A stretch of DNA of 64,000 nucleotides from Octopus sinensis (GCF_006345805.1 NC_043007.1:16244001-16308000), one strand, 5' to 3'; positions 22,820-35,007 are shown, counted from the stretch's first letter. Translations and numbers: made by a program. Notes: a model not told the origin generated them from the sequence alone.

Positions 22820-23010
22820 TTTCTACTATAGACACAAGGCCTGAAATTTAGGCACAGGGAGTCAGTTGATTACATAGACCCCAGTGCTCGACTGGTACTT
22901 ATTTCATCGAACCCCGAAAGGATGAAAGACAACTTCGACCTCGGAAACATTTCAACTCAAAATGTAAAGCTGGAAAAAATGCCGTTAAGCATTTTGTCCG
23001 ACCGCCTAGC
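22820..23010 (-). mobile_element. SINE A', diverged
   Basis: GACACAAGGCC tail and core CCGAAAGGATGAAAG. Confidence 0.65.
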
Positions 23011-23811
23011 TATTCTATCACCTAACATAAATCCAAGGGAAGAAAAGAGAGACAAAAATACGATAAAATTGAATAGCATCTTAGAAATGCACCCCTCACG
23101 GTTGTATAGCTAAAGTGAGTGCCGCCCGGAACAGCCCATGAGTAAGCCGTCCTTTCCTCCAGGCCGCCATAAGCTTATATAGATATATATATATACAACA
23201 GGCTTCAAAATGTCGCTCTCATTAAAAGTGTTACCTGGGGCGGTCCGTTCCCGCCCTTCCCAGGCCCCCACCCCTAGCTTCGCTATTGCTCTCCCGCCTT
23301 CTTACTAACAACTTGCGAATATCAAAGACAACCACCCGTCACACTCAACAACGTAAAAATACCCCACACCGAGAAAACAGAAATAGTAGGCGTATTTACA
23401 TAGACACATAATTAAGCTGCAACCTGAAAACTCTTGCTGCCTCCCAACACTTGTCTATGTTGCACTCCATCAATAAGTGCAAGAGAAAATGGTTACTAGT
23501 GTGAATTTGAAATGAGTCAGTACCGGAGTTACGTGAAATTTGCAGGACCCCCTTTAAAAAGTTATACCAAAAACTCTCACAAGAATTGAAAACATGCCTG
23601 TACCTGTCATTACTTTTTTTATTTTTCTTATCCCTTTAGAGTCACTAGAGAGAAGGGAAACGCCCATGATCCTTTTCTCTAGGTATCCCGAAGAGTGACT
23701 TGAATGTTTGCAATAAAATGGCCCCGTCTAAAAGCACGCTAAGAACCATGTTGTGGTTTTAAAACCAGATAACGAATTAAGACAACGAACCAGCAATATT
23801 AACGATCTCTT

Positions 23812-24000
23812 TAAGGCGGCGAGATAGCGTACCGGGCGAAATGCTTAGTGAAATTTCGTCCGTTTTAACATTCTGGGTTCAAATCCCGCCAAGGTCGATT
23901 TGCTTTTTATCCTTTCGGATCGATAAAATAAGTACCAGTTGAGTACTGGGGTCGATGTAATCGACTTATCCCCTCCTCTGAAGTTACTGACCTTTGGCCA
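23812..24000 (+). mobile_element. SINE A', diverged
   Basis: Head AAGGCGGCGAG and an A-type core. Confidence 0.65.
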
Positions 24001-24018
24001 AAATTGGATATCAATATC

Positions 24019-24243
24019 TATTTCTTTATTGCCCTCAAGAGAGCTAAACATAGAGGGGACAAACAAGGGGATCAAGTCGATTACATCGACCCCAATGCGT
24101 AACTGGTACTTGTTTAATCGATCCCGAAAGGATGAAAGGTAAAGTCGACCTCGGTGAAATTTGAACTCACAACGTAACGACAGACGAAGTACCGCTAAGC
24201 ATTTCGCCCGGCGTGCTAACGTTTCTGCCAGCTCACCTCCGCC
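24019..24243 (-). mobile_element. SINE family A monomer
   Basis: One unit plus head. Confidence 0.85.
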
Positions 24244-24915
24244 TAACAGTTTTTATAAATGGTCTTTTACAGACTTTTACCGTTTACTACATTTTACACA
24301 TATGGCTATGGACACATCGAAGCCACAGCACCGCGAAGTGAATTTGGGCCCGAAACCACATGATTGCGAAGCAAACTTCTTAACCATGCAGCCATACGTA
24401 CGTGTAGTTTCATATGCATCTCGTCTCTACTGGAGAAGACATCCATAACAGATGACATAATCTTCGGGAAAATATCTTGGCAAACGTAAAACAGGTGACA
24501 TTTTGAGAGTATGCCAATACTAACTAATAAATAAATGCGAATGTATGTTATACTGTAAACGAGAATGTCAATATTCACTTCATGCAGAAATTATACAAGG
24601 TTCCACTGTAAATATATGTGTTTGTGCGCGGGTGTATGAGTTTCCGTGTTTGCGTGTGTATGTTTATGTGTAAGAATGATCACAGTTAAGCATATGTAGC
24701 TATTTCCGTGTACGAATGTATGTATGAATATATGCATGTGTGTGCGTGTATTTATGTATGAATGTATGTATGTGTGCATGTATATATACACACACACACA
24801 TACATACATGAATGTTAGTATGTAATTGTATTTATGTACTTTTTGTAGGTATGTCCATTTATGTACGTAGCTAGATATGTACAAGTGAGTGCATGTGTAT
24901 ACATGCATATAAACA

Positions 24916-25221
24916 ATGTGTGTGTGTGTGTGTGTGTAATCAAAATAGCAACAAAGATATCCAGAGGTAATGTAGTACGATCGTTTCATGCGATTCCATT
25001 TAAATGAAACGATCGTACTGCATTACCTCTGGATATTCTTGTTGCTTATTTTGAGTATTATCACCTCATTTTAAATTGTATGGATAATACCATACTAAAT
25101 TCTGGTGCTTTCAACTTAAGTACCATACGTACATGCATACATATATAAATACATACATACATACATACATACATACATACATACATACATACATACATAC
25201 ATACATACATACATACATACA

Positions 25222-25253
<32 letters not shown>

Positions 25254-25352
25254 GTGTTACCTGTAATATGTCAGTCAGGTAACTTTCGAAATATACTTTT
25301 GCCAACATAGTATATTTCGAAAGTTACCTGACTGATATATTACAGGTAACAC

Positions 25353-25384
<32 letters not shown>

Positions 25385-25646
25385 TGTATGTATGTATGTA
25401 TGTATGTATTTATATATGTATGCATGTACGTATGGTACTTAAGTTGAAGGCACCAGAATTTAGTATGGTATTATCCATACAATTTAAAATGAGGTGATAA
25501 TACTCAAAATAAGCAACAAGAATATCCAGAGGTAATGCAGTACGATCGTTTCATTTAAATGGGATCGCATGAAACGATCGTACTACATTACCTCTGGATA
25601 TCTTTGTTGCTGTTTTGATTACACACACACACACACACACACACAT
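24916..25646. repeat. Large inverted repeat with 11-nt spacer and nested hairpins
   Basis: 24916-25297 is the reverse complement of 25309-25646, apart from a few substitutions and (CATA)n length. Confidence 0.95.
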
Positions 25647-26022
25647 ACATGGGTAATATCAAAAAATATGACATACATGCAATAATTATAATGTAACTTT
25701 TATCAAATGACTTAGTGTTTATAAAAAGAAATTGTGAAATGAATAATAATTTTCGACCAAGAAATACTTTATTGTCTTACAATAAAGTTAAATAAAGCAT
25801 TTTTCTTCTGCCTAATCTCTGCTATAATTATTCTTTCATTACTACGTTTCTTCCTTCTGTGACTCTATGAGTCTTGATTCCACACTGTGTATATGTGTGT
25901 ATATGTATGTGTGTGGGTATATATAAAGCGTACTTTTACTCATTGCCAGCTACCATGCTTTGTATCTACACTCAACCTCCACCTCTTGTGTTAACTCTCT
26001 CTCTCTCTCTCTCTCTCTTCTC

Positions 26023-26072
<50 letters not shown>

Positions 26073-27254
26073 AACTATGTCATTGTAAGAAAAAAATTGA
26101 TAACATTCTTCAGACATATTGACTCAAATATATATTTTTTAACCTTTTAAAACAAGCCTTCTGTAGTTCTTTCATTTTTTACTATTTTCTATATATATAT
26201 ATATATATATATATCGTTTACAGCCTCTCTTCCACTCTCCCTATGGGATGTATGGTGTGACAAGGAAAATCAAGCAAACAACATTCATATCGGTTTGTGT
26301 GTGTGTGTTGTGTGTGTGTGTGTGTGTGTGTGCGTGTGTGTGTGCATGCGTGCGCACGTGAATGTGTTTAATTGATGTTATAGATACTTCCAAGTTGTAA
26401 CTTTGTAATATAAAATAACAAACTCTAACACTCGAACGCGTTGTCTGCTTTTTATTAATACTTGCAACCACCTTCGCTCAGTCACTTGGGATATCTGTAC
26501 TATTATGCATATGTGTGTGCGTATATATAAATATGTGCGCATGTATGTATGTGTACGAATTTAAATTTGTGTGTGTGCTTGTGCGGGTATGCATACGTTT
26601 GTATGTGTGTTTGCGGTCATGAGCGAATAACATATTCTAACAACGTATATGTAAAACCGAGGACGTTGCTTCTACCAGTTGGATGCTGATAATCATCTAA
26701 TTCGAAATATGATCATAAATTCTACTGAGTATAATTATATTTGTCTGGTGAGTTAATCAGGAAGACTTTCTAACAACTCAAATAACCGTCTCAGTTACAT
26801 TGAATGTGTTGTGATGTCAATCTATTTGCAGCCCAACAACAACAAAATATAAGCTTGTTTTTTCTAGAAGGCGATATGATCTTGCTCTCAATTTTTTCTA
26901 TCTTATAATGTCAGTTCATCAGTCTTAGAGGAAACGAAATCCTTTCGCTTTGTTTCAGTAACCATATTTGCATTAACATGTTTAGTGCAATGAGTGCTCA
27001 AAGCTGATTAAAAGCAATTAAGCAGTGAAGAAAATACAATATTAGCTCAACGAATAATAGTAGTTTTCAGCCATCCACCTCCGCTCCTATTATGACCTCT
27101 ACGGCCACCAACAACATCATTTTGGGAGATATCATTTTGCTGCTGTTGTTGTTGTTGTTGTTGTAGTTGTTAAGCAACAAGACGGGTAAGGGTGATTAAG
27201 TGATGGTCTAGGGCTTAGGGGCGGGAGACCCCAGACCTTGGAGAAAAAAAAAGA

Positions 27255-27418
27255 AAAACTTTGGTCGTCTTGTTGTAGTCGAGGGCTCTTCGTTGACGCC
27301 CGACACCACTGGGAAGTGGCCCTCGAAGTCGCTGGAAATGGAGATCTCCAGGTCCAAATTCTTGGACGGCTGCTGCTGTTGCTGCTGTCACATTCAGCAA
27401 AGTGGGGTCATTGCCCAT
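27255..27418 (-). CDS. Possible coding segment of unknown product (MGNDPTLLNVTAATAAAVQEFGPGDLHFQRLRGPLPSGVGRQRRALDYNKTTK)
   Basis: Non-repetitive GC-rich island whose codons have G/C-rich first and A/T-rich third positions in this frame. No convincing splice donor and no recognised homologue. Confidence 0.25.
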
Positions 27419-27996
27419 TTGACATTCAAAATGGCAGGATTTACTTAAATTCACATTTCTAAACGGTTCCTTTCTGATGATGGGCCTTTGTGCTCGAAAT
27501 ATATAAAGATTACTCAACTTCCCTTTTCGCATGGTTAGAAGCTCTCCTTCTTCATTTGTTACTTTACTTCTGTGTTTTTTAGTATATTTTATTGCCCCAG
27601 CAAATGCAGCCGATGTCAGCTTGCCTTTCATCCTTCTGGGATCGATAAAGTGAAAACATAGCCAGAAACCAATTAATACCAATTAACACATTCCCTAAAA
27701 TTTGAGATCTTGTGTCAATACAATTAATCATTATTCGAGGAAATTACTTTATTATTGGGATCATGAAAAGTACTAACCTCCACGTACACAGAGACACCAA
27801 ATGTGAAAGCACAGGTCGCTTCGCACAAACAAGGCTACCAACCTGTGCAGGTATTCTTGCAGCATTTGACTTACACCAATTCAAGACGTTCGCCACCAAT
27901 AGCATCAGTACCCGAAAGTCGGTGAGACCTATAGACACAGCCTCTTCCCCCAGAGCAAAACAATATTTAAAAAAAATTTCTTTGTCACAAGAACTA

Positions 27997-28167
27997 TAGG
28001 CGTAGGAGTGGCTGTGTGGTAAGTAGCTTGCTTATGAACCACATGGTTCCGGGTTTAGTCCCACTGCGTGGCACCTTGGGCAAGTGTCTTCTACTATAAC
28101 CTCGGGCCGACCAAAGCCTTGTGAGTGGATCTGGTAAGCGGAAACTGAAAGAAGCCCATCGTATATA

Positions 28168-28266
<99 letters not shown>

Positions 28267-28513
28267 GTGTGTGTGTGTGTGTGTACATGATTGTGTGTCT
28301 GTGTTTGTCCTCCCAACATCGCTTGACAACCGATGCTGGTGTGTTTACGTCCCCGTAAATTAGCGGTTCGGCAAAAGTGACCGATAGAATAAGTACTAGG
28401 CTTACAAAGAATAAGTCCGGGGGGGGCGATTCTTCTCGACTAAAAGGCGGTGCTCCAGCATGGCCACAATCAAATGACTGAAACAAGTAAAAGAGTAAAA
28501 GAGTAAAAGAGTA
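27997..28513 (+). mobile_element. SINE family B, full length
   Basis: Head TAGGCGTAGGAGTGGCTGTGTGGTAAG with B-box GGGTTTAGTCCC, CORE-like CCTTGGGCAAGTG, internal (TA)n(TG)n, and an (AAGAGTA)n tail. Confidence 0.9.
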
Positions 28514-29048
28514 TATCATATTTCGTTATGATTCGGACAAAAGACCGTGACTAATTCTCTCCCTAGACACGAGACTACTTCATTCTAATCCTTTATTTCT
28601 AGAATTCACAAGAGATTAATGCATCATAAAAGATTATATGAATATTCACAACTGTATCGACTACAATGGCAGTTATTATGAATTGTTGGTCGATAATCAT
28701 ACCGCATTGTATTAATTATCAAGACAATAACATTTCGATTTGAATACTAATGCATTTCTGAAAAATGTGCTAAAGTTTCTTATTCTACAGAACACTTGGT
28801 TCGGGTGTAAAAATTTACGATGAAGATAAGATCTAATTAAAGTAAGAATAAAACCGTAGTTATTATTGTCGTTTCCGTTGTGGACATGCTTACACAGATT
28901 AGTAAATAGAAAAAAAGTAGGGTAATGTAAACAAGGTCTATAATAATGGTAAAACTAGTTGGTTCCATTATTATCTCAAGACTCTGAAAAGCACTTGTGA
29001 GGTTTAAGTTTACATCGAGACTATAAACATATACATATGATCCCATAT

Positions 29049-29456
29049 TACTCTTTTACTCTTTTACTTATTTCAGTCATTTGACTGCGGCCATGCTGGA
29101 GCACCGCCTTTAATCGAGCAACTCGACCCCGGGACTTATTCTTTTGTAAGCCCAGTACTTATTCTATCGGTCTCTCTTGCCGAACCGCTAAGTAACGGGG
29201 ACATAAGCACACCAGCATCGGTTGTCAAGCAATGCTAGGGGGACAAACACAGACACACACACGCACATATATATATACATATACATATATACGACGGGCT
29301 TCTTTCAGTTTCTGTCTACCAAATCCACTCACAAGGCTTTGGTCGGCCCGAGGCTATAGTAGAAGACACTTGCCCAAGGTGCCACGCAGTGGGACTGAAC
29401 CCGGAACCATGTGGTTGGTAAACAAGCTACTTACCACACAGCCACTCCTGCGCCTA
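29049..29456 (-). mobile_element. SINE family B, full length
   Basis: Reverse match to 27997-28513. Confidence 0.9.
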
Positions 29457-29478
29457 TATATCCATATATTTATTCATA

Positions 29479-30226
29479 ACTAGCAGCATAGCCCGGCGTT
29501 GCCCGGGTATGTAAGAAACTTTGTCGATAAGCAATGCCCTTTACCTTTTTACCCTTTTTTGTACTCATTGAACCGTTATTTTGTAAAATGAAGCCTAAAA
29601 GGCATTAAGGCGTTCAAGGCACCGTTCCCTTGCATGCATGAAGAAAATCTATGACAGTCAAAGTGCATTTTCTGGCTTTGTTTAGCACACCCAACCTAGT
29701 TCTGCGGGATCAGTGTCGCGACGGGAACGCATGGGTTGGGAGTTTGACAGGCAGAAGTGATAAGGTTGCATGCTGTGAATTTCAAAAAAATTCCTGCCAA
29801 TTTGTTAAAGATATTGTTGAAAATTTGTCATCTTGAATTTGAACGCAATTTCCCAAAATGGCATGTTTTATCGATTTTTTCTGATGGTAAGGTATTGCAT
29901 GGAAAACTAACGTCAGAATTAAGTTCCTTAGGGTAACATTAAGCTTCACCATGAGTTTGGTGAAAATCGATTGCAAGTTGCGAAAACTACAACGGAAAAT
30001 GTGTTGCATATGATAAGCTTAGATTCTCGACCCCATGTCGAATTTATCGATTTTTTTTCAGAACTGGGGGAACTTTTCAAAAGTTTCGCTGCGTTAGTTT
30101 TGAATTATGACATTGGGCTATGCGTGTGTCAAGTTTCATCAGAATCGGTTGAAAGCCGTGGTCAGGGTGAGGGTACAACCTGACAGACACACAGACAGAC
30201 AAACTGCCTTTTATATATAGAGAGAT
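29479..30226 (+). mobile_element. Probable non-autonomous Helentron-associated (DINE-1/HINE-like) element
   Basis: The 5' end ACTAGC..CCCGGCGTTGCCCGGG forms a short hairpin. The 3' end reads AAGTTTCATCAGAATCGGTT...(CAGA)n..TTTTATATATAGA. Layout recalled from DINE-1-like elements. Confidence 0.55.
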
Positions 30227-30259
30227 TCATGCTGTATTGCTTCTTTCGTAATTATTATA

Positions 30260-30474
30260 CGAGGAGGTGCTGAAAAGTTCCTGACTTTGGGTAAAAGAGA
30301 ATACAGCAGGATTTAATTTTGATTTTATTCAACATATTCCCCTCTCAGGTTCACACATTTATTGCAGCGGCCCTTCAGGGTTTTTTAAGCCCTGTAAAAG
30401 AACTCGGAAGGTTGGGCCTCCAACCAGGCCTTCCGCGACACCCTCATAGTCAGGAAATTTTCGGCACTTACTCG
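30260..30474 (-). mobile_element. Mariner-derived MITE (215 bp)
   Basis: Imperfect ~27-bp TIRs CGAG..GTGC.GAAAA.TTCCTGACT with TA on both sides. The interior keeps the transposase end KCVNLRGEYVE* on the minus strand. Confidence 0.8.
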
Positions 30475-30540
30475 TATAAAGAGAAAGCCCGCTCCTGTTG
30501 TTCGCTTTTGTTTTTGTTGCTGCTGTTGCTGTTGCTGTTG

Positions 30541-30909
30541 AGCGAAGTGGTCTTCGTCCCAGAACTCGCAAGATGGGAGAAGTCCGAAACGTGGTCCTTT
30601 GCTATTCGTAAGACGCGCAGAAGAGAAACCAGGTCAACCCCCGAATACCGAGAGCATCGACGGATGGATGAATGCGCATCCAGGCTCAGCGGTTGCGTAG
30701 GAAGTCGGGGACAAGAAACAGGAAGAAAGAGTGAGAGAAAGTTGGAGCGAAAAAGTACAACAGGGGTCGCCACCACCCCCTGCCGGAGCCTCGTGGAGCT
30801 TTAGGTGTTTTCGCTCAATAAACACACACAATGCCCGGTCTGGGAATCGAAACCGCGATCCTCCGACCGCGAGTCCGCTGCCCTAACCATTGGGCCATTG
30901 TGCCTCCAC
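30541..30909 (-). mobile_element. SINE family C head with an alternative tail ending in (AACAGC)n
   Basis: C-type head and core at 30710-30909 and a unique tail at 30541-30710. TGTTGCTGTTG lies on both sides. Confidence 0.7.
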
Positions 30910-31646
30910 TGTTGCTGTTGTTCCTGGATGTGGAAGTTTCAGTCAATAAACGTTACTTTATTACAATACCGTCGTCTTCGAGATAGGAACTAACTCTGAG
31001 ACACAGTGTTCGGGGTTAATCTTAAAAGAACATTGTCAGACCAGTGATTTTCTTAGCCTGAAGCGACAGGAACTGTTTTCGCATTCGGGATGTACATGTA
31101 TGTGGTGGTCAGTTTCATGGAATATGAAGGGATAGATTTAGAGAAGATTTACTTACGCGATGCCAAGTAGGTTGTAAAACGAGCAATAAATGTATGAGGC
31201 TTTCTCTGTGGAAGTATACTGTTTATTGAAACATGTTAGTTGAGAAGCAGAGATTGCGGATGGGGTGGGAATCTGCAAAGTTGAATTTTGGCACAAGATC
31301 AGAAATATCGGTCTCAATTTAGGAAAGCAGGAGAGCTTGCAATTGGACTGATAAACTAAAGATACTTCGCGATTCGGATGGTGGTCTTGAGATCTATTAT
31401 GATGTTCTTACCATAAAGAAGTTTTAAATGTGAATGAACCTAAAAGTTCCCACCATGGCATCTACCTAAACCGGGGTGTTTCTTAGAAATCCGGTGTTTG
31501 TAAAGTTAACCGTGTGGTGTTTTTATTTAGCAGTAGGTCATCAGGTCATATCTATGATCGAGCAAAAGCTTCCACTCATGACCATCCTATACATTCAGAC
31601 ATTGCGTATATTGACTGCATTCTTCAATGTCTTCTTCCTTATTTCA

Positions 31647-31730
<84 letters not shown>

Positions 31731-31754
31731 TGATGATGATGATTATGATGAGGA

Positions 31755-31786
<32 letters not shown>

Positions 31787-31878
31787 ATAATATGAGGGAA
31801 TATTATTCCAAACTTACAGGGAAAAATTCAATTTAGAAATATTAAATCAAATTTGGAATATAATTCCAAACTTACAAG

Positions 31879-32032
31879 GATTGTCTGATGATTGGTTTTT
31901 CCATGAAACTCTGAGTAACAACTCGTTAATCTTTTTAGCTTCAATAAAATAGTTGTAGTATATGTTTTCTATATGATGTGAATAACATCTTTTTCTATAG
32001 AATTGTTTAATAGAGGTCTTTCTCTAAATTAT

Positions 32033-32087
<55 letters not shown>

Positions 32088-32393
32088 CATATATATACAC
32101 TCACACACATAGATAAATCCACATATACACACACACACACATACACAAGCACATAGACACACAGACACACATACAAGTGTGACCACTTAGGTGCAATAGG
32201 TGGGAAAAAATAATACTCGAATACCGAAGTTAGTGTAAAATAGTATTTTAATGGAGTTAAAAAGACTGCACAAACGGTTACTCAGTTCTACGTCACCGAT
32301 CACCGGACATTCGAGTGCAATGACTGTCTGATGATCGGTCTTTCATGAAACTCTGAGTAACAACTCGTGAATCTTTTTAGCTTCAATAAAATA
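31879..32393 (+). mobile_element. Two ~72-bp direct repeats with degenerate hammerhead cores (Penelope-like)
   Basis: 31879-31951 and 32322-32393 both read TGTCTGATGA...GAAACTCTGAGTAACAACTCG...TTCAATAAAATA. Confidence 0.5.
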
Positions 32394-32816
32394 CTATATG
32401 TGTGTTAGAATGTATGTTAGTTTATATGTGAAAGCGTGTACACGAGTGCGTATATGTGCGTGTGTCTAATGTGTAATCTACGTGTCTAATCTATGGGGCA
32501 TTTCTATTTAACTTAGTTAATAATTTAATATATTAAAATAGAATTTTTACCTTGGAAAATTATAATTCTAACGTGACAAGTTGCCCAGATTAAAAAAAAA
32601 CAGCGCGTAGTCCTGTTCATACCCAGCCCAATCTGTCAACCCTTAATAGTCCATTCTTTACCCCTAGATCATATAGTGGTTCCCTTATTTAGTTCATATC
32701 TTATCGTTATTATTCTTTTGTCCAAGTTCAGCCTTGCTGGAGCAAAAATATAATCAACGATATTTCTGCCATGTTTGATTGTATATCTAGGACTAAACTG
32801 ATCACTGTATCTCTCA

Positions 32817-33183
32817 CTCTCTTTTACTCTCTTACTTGTTTCAGTCATTTGACTGCGGCCATGCTGGAGCACCGCCTTTAGTCGAATAAAATCGACCCCA
32901 GGACTTATTCTTTGTAAGCCTACTACTTATTCTATCGGTCTCTTTTGCCGAACCGCTAATTTACGGGGACATAAACACACCAGCATTGGTTGTCAAGCGA
33001 TGTTGAGGGGACAAACACAGATACACATTTACAAGCACATACATTTCCGTCTACCAAATTCACTTACAAGGCTTTGGTCGACCCGAGGCTATAGTAGAAG
33101 ACACTTGCCCAAGGTGCCACGCAGTGGGACTGAACCCGGGACCATGTGGTTCGTAAGAAAGCTACTTACCACACAACCACTCC
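32817..33183 (-). mobile_element. SINE family B
   Basis: Reverse match to the family, with a shortened centre. Confidence 0.85.
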
Positions 33184-33582
33184 TTTTTTTTGTCATTTTT
33201 GAACGGTGTAGTGTGATTTGGGGGAAATTTGGTTACTATTTCGAGCAAGATCTGTCGTTTACATAGAAGCTCCTTTTCTATTTGTGTGGCTAGCTGTAGT
33301 TTTAGAAAGAAGGTGACACAAATTCCAGTTAGTAAAAATAGTATAGTATCGTAATATAGAACAGGCTATTGGTTACATTTCAACAATGGCCTGAACATTT
33401 GTTTGTGATCGACGATCTACTTATCAGTTAGGTGGGTGACCTTTTTCGTTTCTTGTAGGTGTTAGCTAACATGTATATCGTTGTTGACATAGGCATGGGC
33501 GTAGGCTGAGTCCTCGATTCTTAAAATAGATCCACCATTAACAATCCAACTCGCATTTGTATTTACACGTACGCTTATATTG

Positions 33583-33805
33583 TCATATATGTGAAAGGAC
33601 GTAGCTTTGTGGTTAGAGTGTTGCACTCATCATTGTAAAATTGTACTTTCGATTCCTGGACCGGGCGATACGTTGTGTTTTTAAGCAAAACGCTTCATTT
33701 CACGCTGTTCCAAGCAACTCAGCGGGCAAAATGAATATTCCAACGACGGACTGGTGTCCCGCTCAGTGGGGAATATGTACACCATAGAAACTAAATGACT
33801 CGGGA
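33583..33805 (+). mobile_element. SINE family D with V-domain-like segment
   Basis: tRNA-like head GTGAAAGGACGTAGCTTTGTGGTTAG..TTCGATTCC, then GACGGACTGGTGTCCCGCTCAG. Confidence 0.6.
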
Positions 33806-33818
33806 AGAAACCCTTATA

Positions 33819-34043
33819 TTCCTTTCTACTCTAGGCACAAGGCCCGAAATTTGGGGGGAGGGGGCCAGTCGATTAGATCGACCCTAGACCCCAGTACGTA
33901 ACTGGTACTTATTTAATCGACCCCGAAAGGATGAAAAGCAAAGTCGACCTCGACGGAATTTGAACTCAGAACGTAGCGGCAGACGAAATACTGCTAAGCA
34001 TTTCGCCCGGCGTGCTACCGTTTCTGCTAGCTCGCCGCCTTAT
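33819..34043 (-). mobile_element. SINE A', young copy
   Basis: TSD GAAACCCTTATA at 33807-33818 and 34044-34055. Confidence 0.9.
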
Positions 34044-34077
34044 GAAACCCTTATACTGTCATAGAGACGTAACCCAA

Positions 34078-34280
34078 ATGGCGAACTGGCAGAATCGTTA
34101 GCGCGTCGGACAAAATGCTTCCGATTCTTTACGTTCTGAGTTCAAATTCCGCCAAGACGACTTTGCTTTTCGTTCTTTCGGAGACTGATAAAGTACCAAT
34201 TGAAGATTGGAGGTCGATGTAATCGACTTCCCCCATCCCCCATAATATTACTGGTCGTTTGTCAAATTTGAAACCAGTAT
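34078..34280 (+). mobile_element. SINE A', diverged
   Basis: Head GGCGAACTGGCAGAATCGTTAGC plus core. Confidence 0.65.
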
Positions 34281-34619
34281 AGAAGTTGTTTGGGAGGATG
34301 TTTTTACGCCAATCAAATCCTATCTGGCTACGTTTATCGTGGTATACCACTTTATGGTGTGAAAGATTTGATGTTACTGTTTTCCTTTTTATTTTGTTGT
34401 TGTTGTTTAGTACCAGCTTAGTCTGGCTAAGTATACCTATGTCCGTAGGCATTCCAGCCATGATCACCCCGTCCATCTCTCAAACACTGTGACTTTATAT
34501 TTACTACATTATCCAATGAATCCCTCCAGTTTGAAAACTATGGGATGTAAAAAGGAATTGATGGAAAACTATGGGGTGTAACTGGGGAAAATTGAGGGAA
34601 ATTTGGTTGTCACATCTAG

Positions 34620-34781
34620 CAGGTCGAGCAAATCGACCGCAGGACTTATTCTTTGTAAGCCTAGTACTTATTCTATCGGTCTCTTTTGCCGAACAGCTAA
34701 GTTACGGGGACGTAAACACACCAGCATCGGTTGTCAAGCGATGTTGGGGGGACAAACACAGACACACAAACATATGCATAC

Positions 34782-34814
<33 letters not shown>

Positions 34815-35007
34815 CATACATACATACATACATACATACATACATACATACATACATACATACATACATACGACGGGCTTCTTTTAGTTTCTGTCTACCA
34901 AATCCACTCACAAGGCTTTGGTCGGCCCGAGGCTATAGTAGAAGACACTTGCCCAAGGTGCCACGCAGTGGGACTGAACCCAGAACCAGGTGGCTGGTAA
35001 GCAAGTA
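34620..35007 (-). mobile_element. SINE family B, 3'-truncated
   Basis: Reverse match, with an internal (CATA)n/(TA)n tract. Confidence 0.85.

Noticed and set aside
27238-27462. Plus-strand ORF containing RHHWEV, reminiscent of the SPRY/B30.2 HYWEV motif
   Set aside because: The match is only five residues with no other SPRY features, and it is antisense to a frame with more coding-like composition.
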